Shown in pieces: positions 37,221-49,787 of a stretch of DNA of 64,000 bases. Position 1 is the first letter of the stretch; each line of letters starts with the position of its first letter. Made by a program: the position numbers and the translations under genes. Source of the stretch: Octopus vulgaris (taxonomy: Eukaryota); the NCBI GenBank assembly GCA_951406725.2, contig OX597834.1, forward strand, positions 41,230,001 to 41,294,000, written 5' to 3'. The notes beneath the pieces are model-generated. The model did no database searches. It had not been told where the DNA came from and saw only the letters and a program-made list of their open reading frames with translations.

Positions 37221-37294
37221 TCGCGCACGTGCTGAGGGCATACAGGAATGGAAAGCAGAGTTGGGAAGATGGCATAAGTACCAAATGCATAGGT

Positions 37295-38270
37295 AATGTT
37301 TCCGTGCCATTCAGTAACAACTTAAGCTGTGTGAATTGGTGCATTATCATCCCGAAGGATTGTTTCATCCCCGGAAACAGCCCCGCAACCATAGGATGAA
37401 TTTTATCAGATAAACTGCTTAAATAGTTTTGACTATTAATTCTGCCACGAAGGGAAACCATTGGGTCCGCGGATTTCCAAGATATAGCCCCTCCCCGTCA
37501 GTTCATTACAGATTCTCCTCCATGTTTAACAATTGGAAGAAGGCAGTCTGGGTCAAATGCTTGTTTTGTCTGCCACCGCACGTATACTCGGCCTGTTGTC
37601 GGAAATAACGTAAAGGATGACTCGTCCGATAAAATAACATTCTTCAACTGCACTAGCGACCAATTCTGTAGGTTTTTACTCCACTCTAAACGCTTTGCAA
37701 CATTTGTTTTTGAAAGTAGTGGTTTTCTGATTGCAGCCCTCCTGTGAAATCCGGGTTTGTGCAGCTCCTGGAGAACAGTTTTTGTGGGAACTGGGTTCTC
37801 AAGGTGATCATTAAGCTCTGCTGTAAATTTGAGAGCTGTACTTTTGTGATCCTTTCTAACAATTCGTGTAAGAGTCCGACGGTCCCCATCTGAAAGTTTT
37901 GGTTTTCTTCCAGAGTTTTGTTTCGACGAGGTTGTTTTTCCCCTCTTTCTCAAAGGCTGTCATTCCTTTTGAGAGAGTACTTCTTGATACACCAAACATT
38001 TCGGCTGCTTTCATTACGCTAGCGCCTGCCATACGAGCACCAACAATTTGACCTCTTTGAAAGTCCGATAGATCTGTCGTTTTAATGAGTTTTAATTACT
38101 CTTTTCTGATGATATCTGAAAAGAAACAACAATTTTAGCAAAACATATTAAGCAACACTAATAATAAATCAAAAAACATAAAAATAAACAAGCCTTTGAC
38201 GTGTTTTATAGATATTTCAAAATTATGATGCTATGATGCTGGGCGTTTCCATTATTTTGTCCCACCAGTG
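37295..38270 (-). mobile_element. Tc1-family transposon, 3'-truncated and frameshifted
   Basis: DLSDFQRGQIVGARMAGAS.., SGRKPKLS, VILSDES and VKHGGESVM motifs. The 5' TIR CACTGGTGGGACAAAATAATGGAAAC lies at 38270, next to a TA run. Confidence 0.92.
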
Positions 38271-38675
38271 ATATATATATCTGTAATTATGTGTGTGTGT
38301 GTGTGTGTGTGTGTGTACGTTTGCACTAGACAAAATATACAAACCTTTACGCTGGAGTAAAAGCACCAATCAATACAGAAGCAATTACTAATGATGTAAG
38401 ACACAAAAAAAAATAACATCGATGGCGGTATTGTCATATGTAGGCATACGTACAGATGCAATATGCGCATGCGTGCACTCAACGCAAATGGATCAATTGT
38501 TTCTCTGAATATGTCATATGCAGTCTAAAACAAAGAGATGTATGCATGCTTACAGACTCACGATTTTGTATTTAGACATGCATGCAAAGTCACACAAACA
38601 CACACCAACCTTATAATTTATTTACTGTATATGTTTCTATATATGTACGCACGTATGCATGTATATGTTTATATA

Positions 38676-38708
<33 letters not shown>

Positions 38709-38796
38709 CTATATATATATATATGTACCGGAGTAAACACATAAATGTGAAACAAGGTGGAAAAAAGAGTACTCAAATACCAGTGGTAGATTCTAG

Positions 38797-38880
38797 CAAA
38801 AACTGTCTGATGAACGGCAACGAGAAACTCAGAGTAACAGATTTTGTTGAATTTTCTGCTGCTTAAAATAAAGTATATAT
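38797..38880 (+). ncRNA. Type I minimal hammerhead ribozyme motif, family H2
   Basis: Stem I CUGU(38803-06)/ACAG(38837-40), CUGAUGA (38807-13), stem II CG-GCAA-CG, GAAA (38824-27), stem III ACU-CAG-AGU and cleavage triplet GUA (38834-36). Confidence 0.7.
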
Positions 38881-39103
38881 ATATGTATATATATGCGTGG
38901 GTATGAATGTGTGTGTGTATATATATATATACGCACACACGCATATATATGTATACACACATATATATATCTACATAATGTGTATGTGTGTAGATGTATG
39001 CGTTTATGCGAATAGGTGAGTATATACATATATACACAGACACACAAACGTAACACCCACACATAGCACACACAGACATATACACGCGTATATACGTATA
39101 TAC

Positions 39104-39139
<36 letters not shown>

Positions 39140-39140
39140 G

Positions 39141-39192
<52 letters not shown>

Positions 39193-39405
39193 CATGCATA
39201 CATGCACCCACTGATACATACATATTCATATACGCACAGATGGATATGCATATATACATTAATGCATACACATATAATCACTCACCTGCACGTGTTACAC
39301 ATATACGCATGCGCACTCGCACACACATACGCGAATGCAAGTATGTATGTATGTTGGTATGTTGTTATATGTATATGTGTGTATGTATGCCTGTATGTAT
39401 TTATC

Positions 39406-39466
<61 letters not shown>

Positions 39467-40170
39467 GTATATATATATGTATATATATGTGCGTGTGTGT
39501 ATAATACATCTGTATATATATATATATATATATTCATATATGAGTGTGTGTGTGTGTTTATGTACTTGTGTATGAGTGTGTGTGTGAATACAATTATTCA
39601 TTTACGTTTGAATGTATGTATGTATGTACATATATTATATTACTTACAGTAGTTAAGAGGGAGTTTAGTGTTACCAAGTACGAAAATCCCAAAGTGGTCG
39701 AACAGGTTGACCAGCTGACTAATTTATACTATTGATCCCTTTTTCATTGGCCTACTTCACAGCCAATCGTATACGACATCGAAAATCGAATTTTCGCCCT
39801 TTGATAAACTCATCATTATAGATGGCTCTAATTGATTTTTTCCCCTTTTCCCCACCTGTTTACTTTAGTGTACCTTTCTTATTATCTCCCCTTCTCTCCG
39901 CTCTCCCTTGTCACCCCATTGCTCTTTCTCTCTGGGTCTTCCTCTGACAAACTCTCCCTTTTACTATCGTTGTTTTTCCTGACTCCGCAGTTTCCGATCA
40001 CTCGTTTTACTTATCCATTAGCTTCTTCTGTTTCTACTTCTTCTTTGAATTCCTCTTTCACATTTTCGGTCTCTATTCACAACTCTTATTGCTGTCCCTA
40101 TGTAGATAACGACGTCAAAACGCAACAATGTAAGCCAATGATGGAACGCCTACGTGGTCAGCCAAACTCT

Positions 40171-40584
40171 TTTTTACTCTTTTTACTCTTTTACTTGTTT
40201 CAGTCATTTGACTGCGGCCATACTGGAGCACCGCCTTTAGTCGAGCAACTCGACCCCGGGACTTATTCTTTTTGTAAGCCCAGTACTTATTCTATCGGTC
40301 TCTTTTTGCCGAACCGCTAAGTGACGGGGACGTAAACACACCAGCATCGGTTGTCAAGCAATGCTAGGGGAACAAACACAGACACACAAACACACACACA
40401 TACATATATATACATATATACGACAGGCTTCTTTCAGTTTCCGTCTACCAAATCCACTCACAAGGCATTGGTCGGCCCGAGGCTATAGCAGAAGACACTT
40501 GCCCAAGATGCCACGCAGTGGGACTGAACCCGGAACCATGTGGTTGGTTAGCAAGCTACTTACCACACAGCCACCCCTGCGCCT
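40171..40584 (-). mobile_element. SINE family A, full length
   Basis: Matches the consensus. Confidence 0.92.
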
Positions 40585-41121
40585 ATATACTACTGTATAT
40601 AGCAATCAAATTCCCCCTCAAATCATACCCCGCTTCCTTAAAGAAAGACACATTGAATAATGTTGTCCTTGATATGTCTGAAAACAAAGCGGTAATAGTT
40701 ATTGAGTAAAGTGCCATCGATCACAAGGCATTTACGATCAAGTGGACCTTTGCTCAAAAGCATCCTTGTGAGATCATCCTGTCTTATGTGTGTGAATGTA
40801 TGTGTGCGTGTGTGTGTATGTGTGTGTGTGAATGCTTTTGTGCGCTTGTGTATGTATGTATGTGTGTGTGTATATGTGTGTTTCTGTGTGCATGTGTGAG
40901 AGCAAGTCGTTAGAATTGCCAGCAAATTGCTGTTTCTCTGATTATATCTCTTTTTGTCTGTTTTTGTTTTTTTACTCCCCCCTCTCTCTCTTTTCCCCTC
41001 TCTCTTCTCCTCTCTCTCTCTTGCGCTTCTCATCTTTCGCGGACCCTTTCTCTTTTTGTATCATTCTTATTCTCTTGCCGTTTCTCTTTCTCTCTCTCTC
41101 TCCCGCTTTCTCTCTCTCCCC

Positions 41122-41170
<49 letters not shown>

Positions 41171-41476
41171 GACACATCTTTTATTTTCTTGCATCGTATT
41201 TCTAATCTATTAGTGCCTTCTTCTTCTTCTTCTTCTTCTTCTTTCAACCCCCTCCCCTTCTCTTTTTCTTTGTATTCCCTACCCCACCCGTTTTCTACCC
41301 TCTTACCTCAGTACCATATCCAGACGCACAACTTAGACGAGCCACGACTGCACCTCTATGCAGCTGTACAATCAGTAAGAAACAGCAGCCAAATCGCCAT
41401 AAAACGTCACCCTTTCATACCAAAAGCCTAAGTACATTTTGGTTAATATAACCCTAGCTATATTATAAAAGATACT

Positions 41477-41697
41477 GGCGGCGAGCTGGCAGAACCGTTA
41501 GCACGCCGGGCGAAATGCGTAGGCGTATTTCGTCTGCCGTTACGTTCTGAGTTCAAGTTCCGCCGAGGTCGACTTTGCCTTTCATCCTTTCGGGGTCGAT
41601 AAATTAAGTACCAGTTACGCACTGGGGTCGATATAATCGACTTAATCCGTTTGTCTGTCCTCTCTGTGTTTAGCCCCTTGTGGGTAGTAAAGAAATA
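41477..41697 (+). mobile_element. SINE family B, monomer
   Basis: Head plus one unit. Confidence 0.9.
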
Positions 41698-41853
41698 TAT
41701 ATGATAAAAGATAGACTAGTTACCGGAATAGTTCTTTTAATTATAGATCTGCTTAATGAGGTTGAACAGTAACAAAATTTCCGTATCCACAAAAATAAAT
41801 ACTAATTAATTGCTGTTAAGGACAGAGTATTTCGGTTTTGTGACCATTGTATA

Positions 41854-42005
41854 TTGGGTTTTCCGGAAAGTTCGGACCGATTTTTAAAGGAAAGAAAAAG
41901 GTCAATAAATACTTGCCATTACATTTTTAATCAACCAAATATGAACCATTTTGTTGCATAATGCATCTCCATCTTTCCTTTAACTTGAAAATACCCTCTT
42001 CCCTG
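41854..42005 (-). mobile_element. 3' end of the same mariner family as 31352-31917
   Basis: TIR plus EEGIFKLKERWRCIMQQNGSYLVD*. Confidence 0.9.
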
Positions 42006-42829
42006 GACTTATTATCATCATCATCATTGTCCACTGTTTGATTCCCATGTCGGTATGGATTGGAAAATCTAGATACAAGAATGTCTCTCTTTATGTATAT
42101 ACATACACACTCACACATATGCATGTATCTTAGGGTTCCAGATCGGCTTATAAAGGAAAGTCAACCGTGGCGGAATTTGGACTCAGAACGATAAGAGTCT
42201 GAAAAGGTGCCGCTAAGCATTTTTGTTCGACGCGCCAACGAATCAGTCAGCTCGCAATATTTACCTTGGATAAATAATAATTGAAGCTGCTAGGTTACGC
42301 CACCCCACTCCCCCCAATATATAGTGGGGCACGAAACTGTTCGGATAAATGAGTTGAAGGGGGGATGGTTGCCGTAACAGACAAGGTCGAGTGATTTGCT
42401 AATATTTAGGTCATCACTTTGCTTATACTTAAGTTCTCAAGGACGAGAAACCACTGACATATGATGCGGTCGAAAGAATATGTCTCGCGTAGAGCTGGCT
42501 TTACGGAATCCGTACAAATAATCACTGAGATGGAACAGAGAAAGAGAGAGAGAAAGAAAAGACTGAATGAGATAAAATAGCTTGATTTATGATAACCCCA
42601 CTACACTACATTTGAGATACTGGTAACCGCTGTTGTTTGTTTTTGTCGTGCTTGCTTAACCTCGGGTCAGACTTGACCCAGCAGACGAGACGTATGATAT
42701 TAAAACTAGCGTTCGATATCATTGATAACGGATGGAGAGCTGAATCATCCTGGGGTACTGAGGATTCGCAATCTAGACTAGGGTCTGAAAGTTTTACCAC
42801 ACCGTAGTGGGTTACACCATGGTTTCCTC

Positions 42830-43035
42830 TGCTTTGTGGCAGAAGTAGGAAGAAAGAGTGAGAGAAAGTTTTAGTGAAGGAGTACAGCGGGGTTCACTAC
42901 CACCCGCAGCCGGAACATCGTGGAGCTTAGGTGTTTTTGCTCAATAAACACTCATAATGCCCGGTCTAGGAACCGAAACCGCGTTCTTACCACCGCGAGT
43001 CCGCTGCCCTAACCACTGGGCCATTGCGCCTCCAC
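42830..43035 (-). mobile_element. SINE family C head and body
   Basis: GGAGGCGCAATGGCCCAGTGGTTAGGGCAGCGGACTCGCGG. Confidence 0.85.
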
Positions 43036-44550
43036 CCGTTGTTGCTGTTGCTGTTGATGTTGATGCTATATATAATTAGTCTTACATCATAACTGATCAA
43101 ATAAGCCTATGACAGAAAACGTTTAAACTGGGTTTTAAAAGAATATTTTTGAAACAATATCGTCTGTGTCGTTTCCTTATTTTAAAACGGTAGGGTATAT
43201 GATTCGATGCAGAGAATTGGTTGTTATATCTAGCAGGCCCAGCAACGAAGTACAGGCTCCACCCGCCACTGGCTCAAGCTGTGGTAAATGTATTTATTTA
43301 TGTGTGTGGTAATGAGTGACACGGGGGAAAAGTGTGTATGTGGGGGTGAGTGGTGTGAGGGAATTAATGAATTAGCAATTTAGCGAATACAGGTAATTTT
43401 TAGATTCTAAAATAAATAGATGCACGCATAAAATTAAGTTTAAAAACGTTAATTATGCAAATGAACTGGGCTCAGATTACGATATGTGAGAGTAAAAGCA
43501 GGATTTGGTTTTATAAAACACATTTTCCCACATCAAACCGTTGAATATGTTATCAAACAGGTTTATCTTTTTATCGTTTCGTTTCGTCTTTTCTTTTCTT
43601 CTCTTTTATCACATTCTCACTCTCATTCACCTCTCGTCTCTCTTTATTTTCCCCTTTATATATATATTTAAAAAAACAAAACAGTCCTTCTCTCCCTACC
43701 TCTCATCTCCCTCTCATTTCTAATTTCTTTAGCTTCAAAAATCCCCCCCTCTCTCTCTCTCCCTCTCTTATTTTCTATTGCTCTCTCATCATTCTTGCTC
43801 TCTTTCATTCTTACTCGCACACCCTTTCTCAACTTCTAGTTTATTCTCTTCTTCTTCTTCTTCTTCTTCTTCTTCTTCTTCTTCTTCTTCTTCTTCTTCT
43901 TCTTCTTCTTCTCTCTTCTTCTTTCTTCTTCTTCTCTTCTTCTTCTTTTCTTCTTCTTCTTCTTCTTCTTCTTCTTCTTCTTCTTCTTCTTCTTCTTCTT
44001 CTTCTTCTTCTTCTCCTTCTTCTTCTTCTCCTCCTCCTCCTCCTCCTCCCCCTATCATCCACCCTTCTCACTTACTCACACAACTTGTTCTCTTTAGCCC
44101 TCCCTCCCTCCCTCCCTCCCTCCCTCCCTCCCTCCCTCCCTCCCTCCCTCCCTCCCTCCCCCTCCCTCCCTCCCTCCCTCCTTCCCTCCCTCCCTCCTTC
44201 CCTCCCTCCCACTCTCTCTTTGCTCTTTTCCCTCTCTTATTCCTCTTTATGGCTTCACCTCCGTTCCACTCACCCACCGACACTCCCATGCTTCTTTACC
44301 TCCACACACCGTCTCTCCTACTCACACTCACCCATCTTTTTTTGCCTATATTTTTCTCTCCTAAGTTTCTGCTCAACTCTTCTATTTCTGTTTCTATAAC
44401 AATTTTTCTTAATTTTTCCCTTCAAAAGACTGAAAAAAATTGGATAAAAATGTCATAAAACCCCTCCACTACGCAAAACCAACGCCTACCCGTCCCTTCT
44501 CTCTCTCTCCCTCTCTCTATTTCCACACACACATATACATATATACATGC

Positions 44551-44604
<54 letters not shown>

Positions 44605-44617
44605 ATGTATATATATA

Positions 44618-44674
<57 letters not shown>

Positions 44675-44706
44675 ATGTATATATATATATATTTATATAT
44701 ATGCAT

Positions 44707-44743
<37 letters not shown>

Positions 44744-44780
44744 CATATGCATGTATGTATTATCTCTTTATCCTAGTTTG

Positions 44781-44862
<82 letters not shown>

Positions 44863-44924
44863 CCTTTCTCGAACTTATAAAAAAAAAACCACACTCCAAC
44901 TCGTTCTGTCTGTAAGACGCTTAC

Positions 44925-44942
44925 CCCTGTCAACCCAAAGAT
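44925..44942 (-). CDS. Candidate 18-nt microexon (ATCTTTGGGTTGACAGGG) of a - strand gene
   Basis: Branch GCTAAC, acceptor ccttctattccggtcaaaccag| and donor GG|gtaagc. The length preserves frame. It sits in a ~100-bp unique island between microsatellites. Confidence 0.4.
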
Positions 44943-45004
44943 CTGGTTTGACCGGAATAGAAGGACCGATGTGGTCGTAATTGTTAGCACACACACACAC
45001 ACAC

Positions 45005-45102
<98 letters not shown>

Positions 45103-45319
45103 CACGCACGCAGACACGCACACACATACGTTCATGGGCGCATATAATTATACGCATTATGCACACACCACATACACACACACACACACACACACAGGAC
45201 TTGTATTCACGTTTATATATATATTGTCATATACGCACATTCACATATACACACAGATGTCTCTGGTCGCCATCACACACACACACACACACACACATAG
45301 AAATACACAAATATATCGA

Positions 45320-45377
<58 letters not shown>

Positions 45378-45382
45378 TCACA

Positions 45383-45501
<119 letters not shown>

Positions 45502-45899
45502 TATTATTCAACAAAACAGAAAAAAAATGCAAAAATAAAAGAACAGAAGAAAATAACGAAAAATAAAAAAAATGAAAAGAACTAAAAAAAAAGCATTTAA
45601 AACACCTGAAAGAGAGTTAAACAAGACTAATTATATCAATGCATACCTTAGCAAAGGTGTGTAGTATGTGTGTGTATGTATATATGTATATATGTATACG
45701 TATATGTACGTACAAATGCATGTATGTATGCATGTATGGATATATATATATATATATATATATACATACACGCACATATATATATACATATATATATACA
45801 CACATACATACATATATATATATATATATACACATATATAAAGTCACAGACACGCTATATATATGAACGTGTATGTATGTATATATGTGTGTGTGTATG

Positions 45900-45930
<31 letters not shown>

Positions 45931-45968
45931 GTATGTATTTGCCTAATAGTGGTTTTATCTCTAATTTA

Positions 45969-46024
<56 letters not shown>

Positions 46025-46071
46025 ATTCTATATAGATAAGCTTTCGGTCGATGCATACATACATACATACA

Positions 46072-46104
<33 letters not shown>

Positions 46105-46341
46105 TCATTCATTCATTCATACATACATACATACATTCATATTCATTCATACATACATACATATATTCATTCATTCATTCATACATACATACATACATAC
46201 ATAGATACATACACACATACATACATACATACATACATACACACATACATACATACATAAATACATACATGCATACATACATACATACATACATAAATAC
46301 ATACATACATACATACATACATACATACATACATACATACA

Positions 46342-46371
<30 letters not shown>

Positions 46372-46372
<1 letters not shown>

Positions 46373-46870
46373 GTAGCAGCTGACCTAAAATGTCACGATG
46401 TCGTTGCTGAAACAATTCACAATGCCATCCGCAAGAAAGACTGTCCTGAAATAGACGTAGAAAATACCTCTGTTATGGAATACATTCATAAACACCGACT
46501 CAAGGAATACCGGTAGAATATTCCCATCAAAATTTCTGTCAAATGTGAACACAACAGGCCTTATATTGTTGTTTGGGACAGAGAGGCAAAGGAATGTACC
46601 ATCATAGAGGTCAGCTGCCCTGCAGATATAAATATCTCTTTGAAAATCAGTTTGGATAAGCTTGGATTTTCAGAAAAAGAAATCAACCAACGAACCTGCA
46701 AATGACGAAAACAATCTGTAAGCGAACAGTAAAACCGTGCAAGACTTTTCTCAGGCTTAAAATGTGACATTGTTTTCGTTATCTACATTCCAAAGACGGA
46801 CTTTGTATGTTTGTTAGAAACGAGCTCTTTCTTTAGAAGAATAATTTAAAAGATTAAATACAGAAGAGAC
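46372..46870 (+). mobile_element. 3' end of an R4/Dong-type non-LTR retrotransposon (restriction-like endonuclease domain)
   Basis: HDVVAETIHNAIRKK..KCEHNRP(Y)IVVWDREAKECTIIEVSCPADINISLKI..KTFL matches the RHD..HNRPDI..IIEVSCP signature. Flanked on both sides by (CATA)n. Confidence 0.85.
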
Positions 46871-46892
46871 ATACATACATACAGTCTTAGGG

Positions 46893-46925
<33 letters not shown>

Positions 46926-46961
46926 CATACATACAGTCTTAGGGCTATATATATATATATG

Positions 46962-47190
46962 AATAAATGAAAGAATGGAGTCGAAAGAAGATTTTAACAA
47001 AATTCCTTTACTCTCGACACATGTTTCGAAGACGGCATACTCTTAATTCCGAAGGAATAAAGGGTGCATTATGCCATCTTCTCATCAGGAAAGATAAGGA
47101 GCCTCTTTCAGCCTCAAGACGAACAAAACATGTGTCGAGAGTAAAGGAATTTTGTTAAAATCTTCGTTCGACTCCATTCTTTCATTTATT
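46962..47190. repeat. 65-bp inverted repeat (46962-47026 / 47126-47190, one mismatch) enclosing the hammerhead
   Basis: Direct arm comparison. TA runs on both flanks. Confidence 0.93.
47005..47099 (-). ncRNA. Type I hammerhead ribozyme with intact catalytic core (family H1, Penelope-like)
   Basis: Stem I CUUUC/GAGAG (plus CCUU/AAGG) and CUGAUGA (47088-82). Stem II GAAGAUGGCAUA/UAUGCCGUCUUC is 12 bp and extends to a cUUCGg loop. GAAA (47027-24), stem III AC-AUGU-GU and triplet GUC (47018-16) follow. Confidence 0.85.
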
Positions 47191-47820
47191 TATATAAAAA
47201 AACACACAAATTTCCACACAAGAACCCGGAGTTTCTACTCTTGACATGTAGCTTCAACCGTGTTTTCTGACGTGAATTTGCTACCCAGGTATCGGTTAAC
47301 CGAATTTTCCATGCTAAGATAATTCATTCACCTACTTATATATATATATATATAATATATTTCTCAAATTTTAGCGGCATCAAGTAAATGAGCTGACTTC
47401 ATCAAGGAAACGAAACAGTTCCATCCATTTCTTGTGGCTGTTCTTGTAGTTTTGAGCCATTTCAATCCTGATCGAACAAACTTACAATCAAAACCGTTCC
47501 AGCCGTAGCCACCTCGTCTCTTATCTCCCTCTCCCTCTCTCTCTCTCTCTGTCTCTCTCTCTCTCTCTGTCTCTCTGTCTCTCTCTCTCTCTCTATTATT
47601 TATTTATAAGCAGACCTGAATTTTTTCAGGTCACTTTTGGTATTTAAAAAGCGCGAAAGCAAAATCTAAAACCAATAATCCAAATGAACTAGCTTTATGT
47701 GGGAACGAAACCGATTCACCCATTTCTCGTGGTTATCAGTGGCGTTAGTTATTAGATATTATACTGGCTTCGTCTGAGAAACGAAACCTTTTCGCTGGAT
47801 CTCGGTTGTGGGGAACTTAC

Positions 47821-47862
47821 TCGTGCTTTATGGTTCTCGTTGCACACTTGACTCTCCAACAT
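47821..47862 (-). CDS. Weak candidate first coding exon of a - strand gene: [14 protein letters not shown]
   Basis: ATG at 47862 gives exactly 14 codons up to the consensus donor CGA|gtaagt. The surrounding sequence is unique and CpG-containing. No other support. Confidence 0.25.
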
Positions 47863-47937
47863 GCTCTCCTCTTATCCTTACACACACACACACACACACA
47901 TATATATACACACACACACACATACACACACACACAC

Positions 47938-47978
<41 letters not shown>

Positions 47979-47999
47979 CCGGGTCGTTTCTCAGGCGTT

Positions 48000-48225
48000 T
48001 CACTAACCCACCACATTGAATTCTTTTCCCTCTGAAGGTCAACCCTCTGGAATTCCATCCACGCCTAATTCTTCCTACATCTGTTGACTTAGGTTACAAG
48101 TGTTCAAACTCAACAACAACCATGTCAATGACATCAGTCTGTGGGGGAGCTTGCAGCGCTCATAGGCTCTGCCCTTTTCCTCCTGAGTGTCAAAACGGTC
48201 TAACTAAAATATTAATTCCGTTGCA
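48000..48225 (+). pseudogene. Degenerate CR1/L2-type LINE ORF2 C-terminus plus 3'UTR
   Basis: FFSL*RSTLWNSIHA*FF resembles 'FFPRTSxLWNSLP..VFP'. Confidence 0.5.
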
Positions 48226-48516
48226 ATGGGTTGCAAAATCCTATATTTTGGGCAATGTGACACTTGGGTCTTCATCACTTTTCCACCCTAAAAGCATTCG
48301 AGACAAATAATATGAGATTCTTACGTCTTTGGGTTCGAAATCCGTGGACACCCTCTCAATACAGCGTTTACCACACCCAGTGAAAGCGAAATGGCTTTAT
48401 AATTATTCATTAATGGTGACCTTCTAAAGCTGATATCGTATACATAAAGAAGGATTTATGTAAAAAGTAATTCAGTCGATAAACAAGCAACACATACGCA
48501 CGCAAACACACACACA

Positions 48517-48595
<79 letters not shown>

Positions 48596-48730
48596 ACACA
48601 CACACACACACATACACACACACACACACACACGCAGACAGACACACACACGCACACACACACACATATATATATACACACACACACATACACACACACA
48701 CGCAGACAGACACACACACGCACACACACA

Positions 48731-48792
<62 letters not shown>

Positions 48793-48919
48793 TATTACGT
48801 TTATATATTTGTTTTGAAAGATTTTTGATGTGAAATCGTGTATTGGAACAGATATTGTTGTATGGTCATTTTGCCAATTTAGCTAAACCATTCCTAAATA
48901 CAACAATATATATATATTA

Positions 48920-49322
48920 CTCTTTTTCTCTTTACTATTTTTACTTGGTTCAGTCATTTGACTGTGGCCATGCTGGAGCACCGCCTTTAGTCGAGCAAAT
49001 CGAGCCCAGGACTTATTCTATCGTTCTCTTTTGCCGAACCGCTAAGTTCCGGGGACGTAAACACACCAGCATCGGTTGTCAAGCGATGTTGTTGGGGACA
49101 AACACAGACACACAAACATATACACACACATACATACATATACATATATACGACAGGCTTCTTTCAGTTTCCGTCTACCAAATCCACTCACAAGGCTTTG
49201 GTCGGCCCGAGGCTATAGTTGAAGACACTTTCCCAAGGTGCCACGCAGTGGGACTGAACCCAGAACCATGTGGTTTGTGGTTTGTAAGCAAGCTGCTTAC
49301 CACACAACCACTCCTATGCCTA
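48920..49322 (-). mobile_element. SINE family A
   Basis: Matches the consensus, with a small internal deletion and duplication. Confidence 0.9.
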
Positions 49323-49516
49323 CTATATATATATACAAACATACGCAAAATTACATAAATACCTACATACAGACACACACCTGTGTACCTGTATGTATGT
49401 GTTTATGTAACACACACATGTGTGTGTGTTGTACGTGTGTGTACGTATGAGGGTTGTCACCAGATAATTCAAAAGCGGGCATAACGTCTTCTTTTCGTAA
49501 CACAGAGCAATATTTG

Positions 49517-49570
<54 letters not shown>

Positions 49571-49733
49571 ATCACAATCACACTCGCCTATCCCCCACAG
49601 ACATGTACCCCCACCACACACACCGGTGCACTCATACAGATATACACATGTATAAAGACTATATTCACACACACACACACACATACATACACACAAAGAC
49701 AAACACACACACACATTTATAATGCATTCATTC

Positions 49734-49787
<54 letters not shown>

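Noticed and set aside
39640-39735. Possible exon in a unique island (splice-like signals on both strands)
   Set aside because: The signals conflict between strands, and there is no recognisable peptide or phase-linked neighbour.
44921-44945. miR-10-like TACCCCTGT
   Set aside because: It matches only the first few bases of miR-10, and there is no precursor hairpin.
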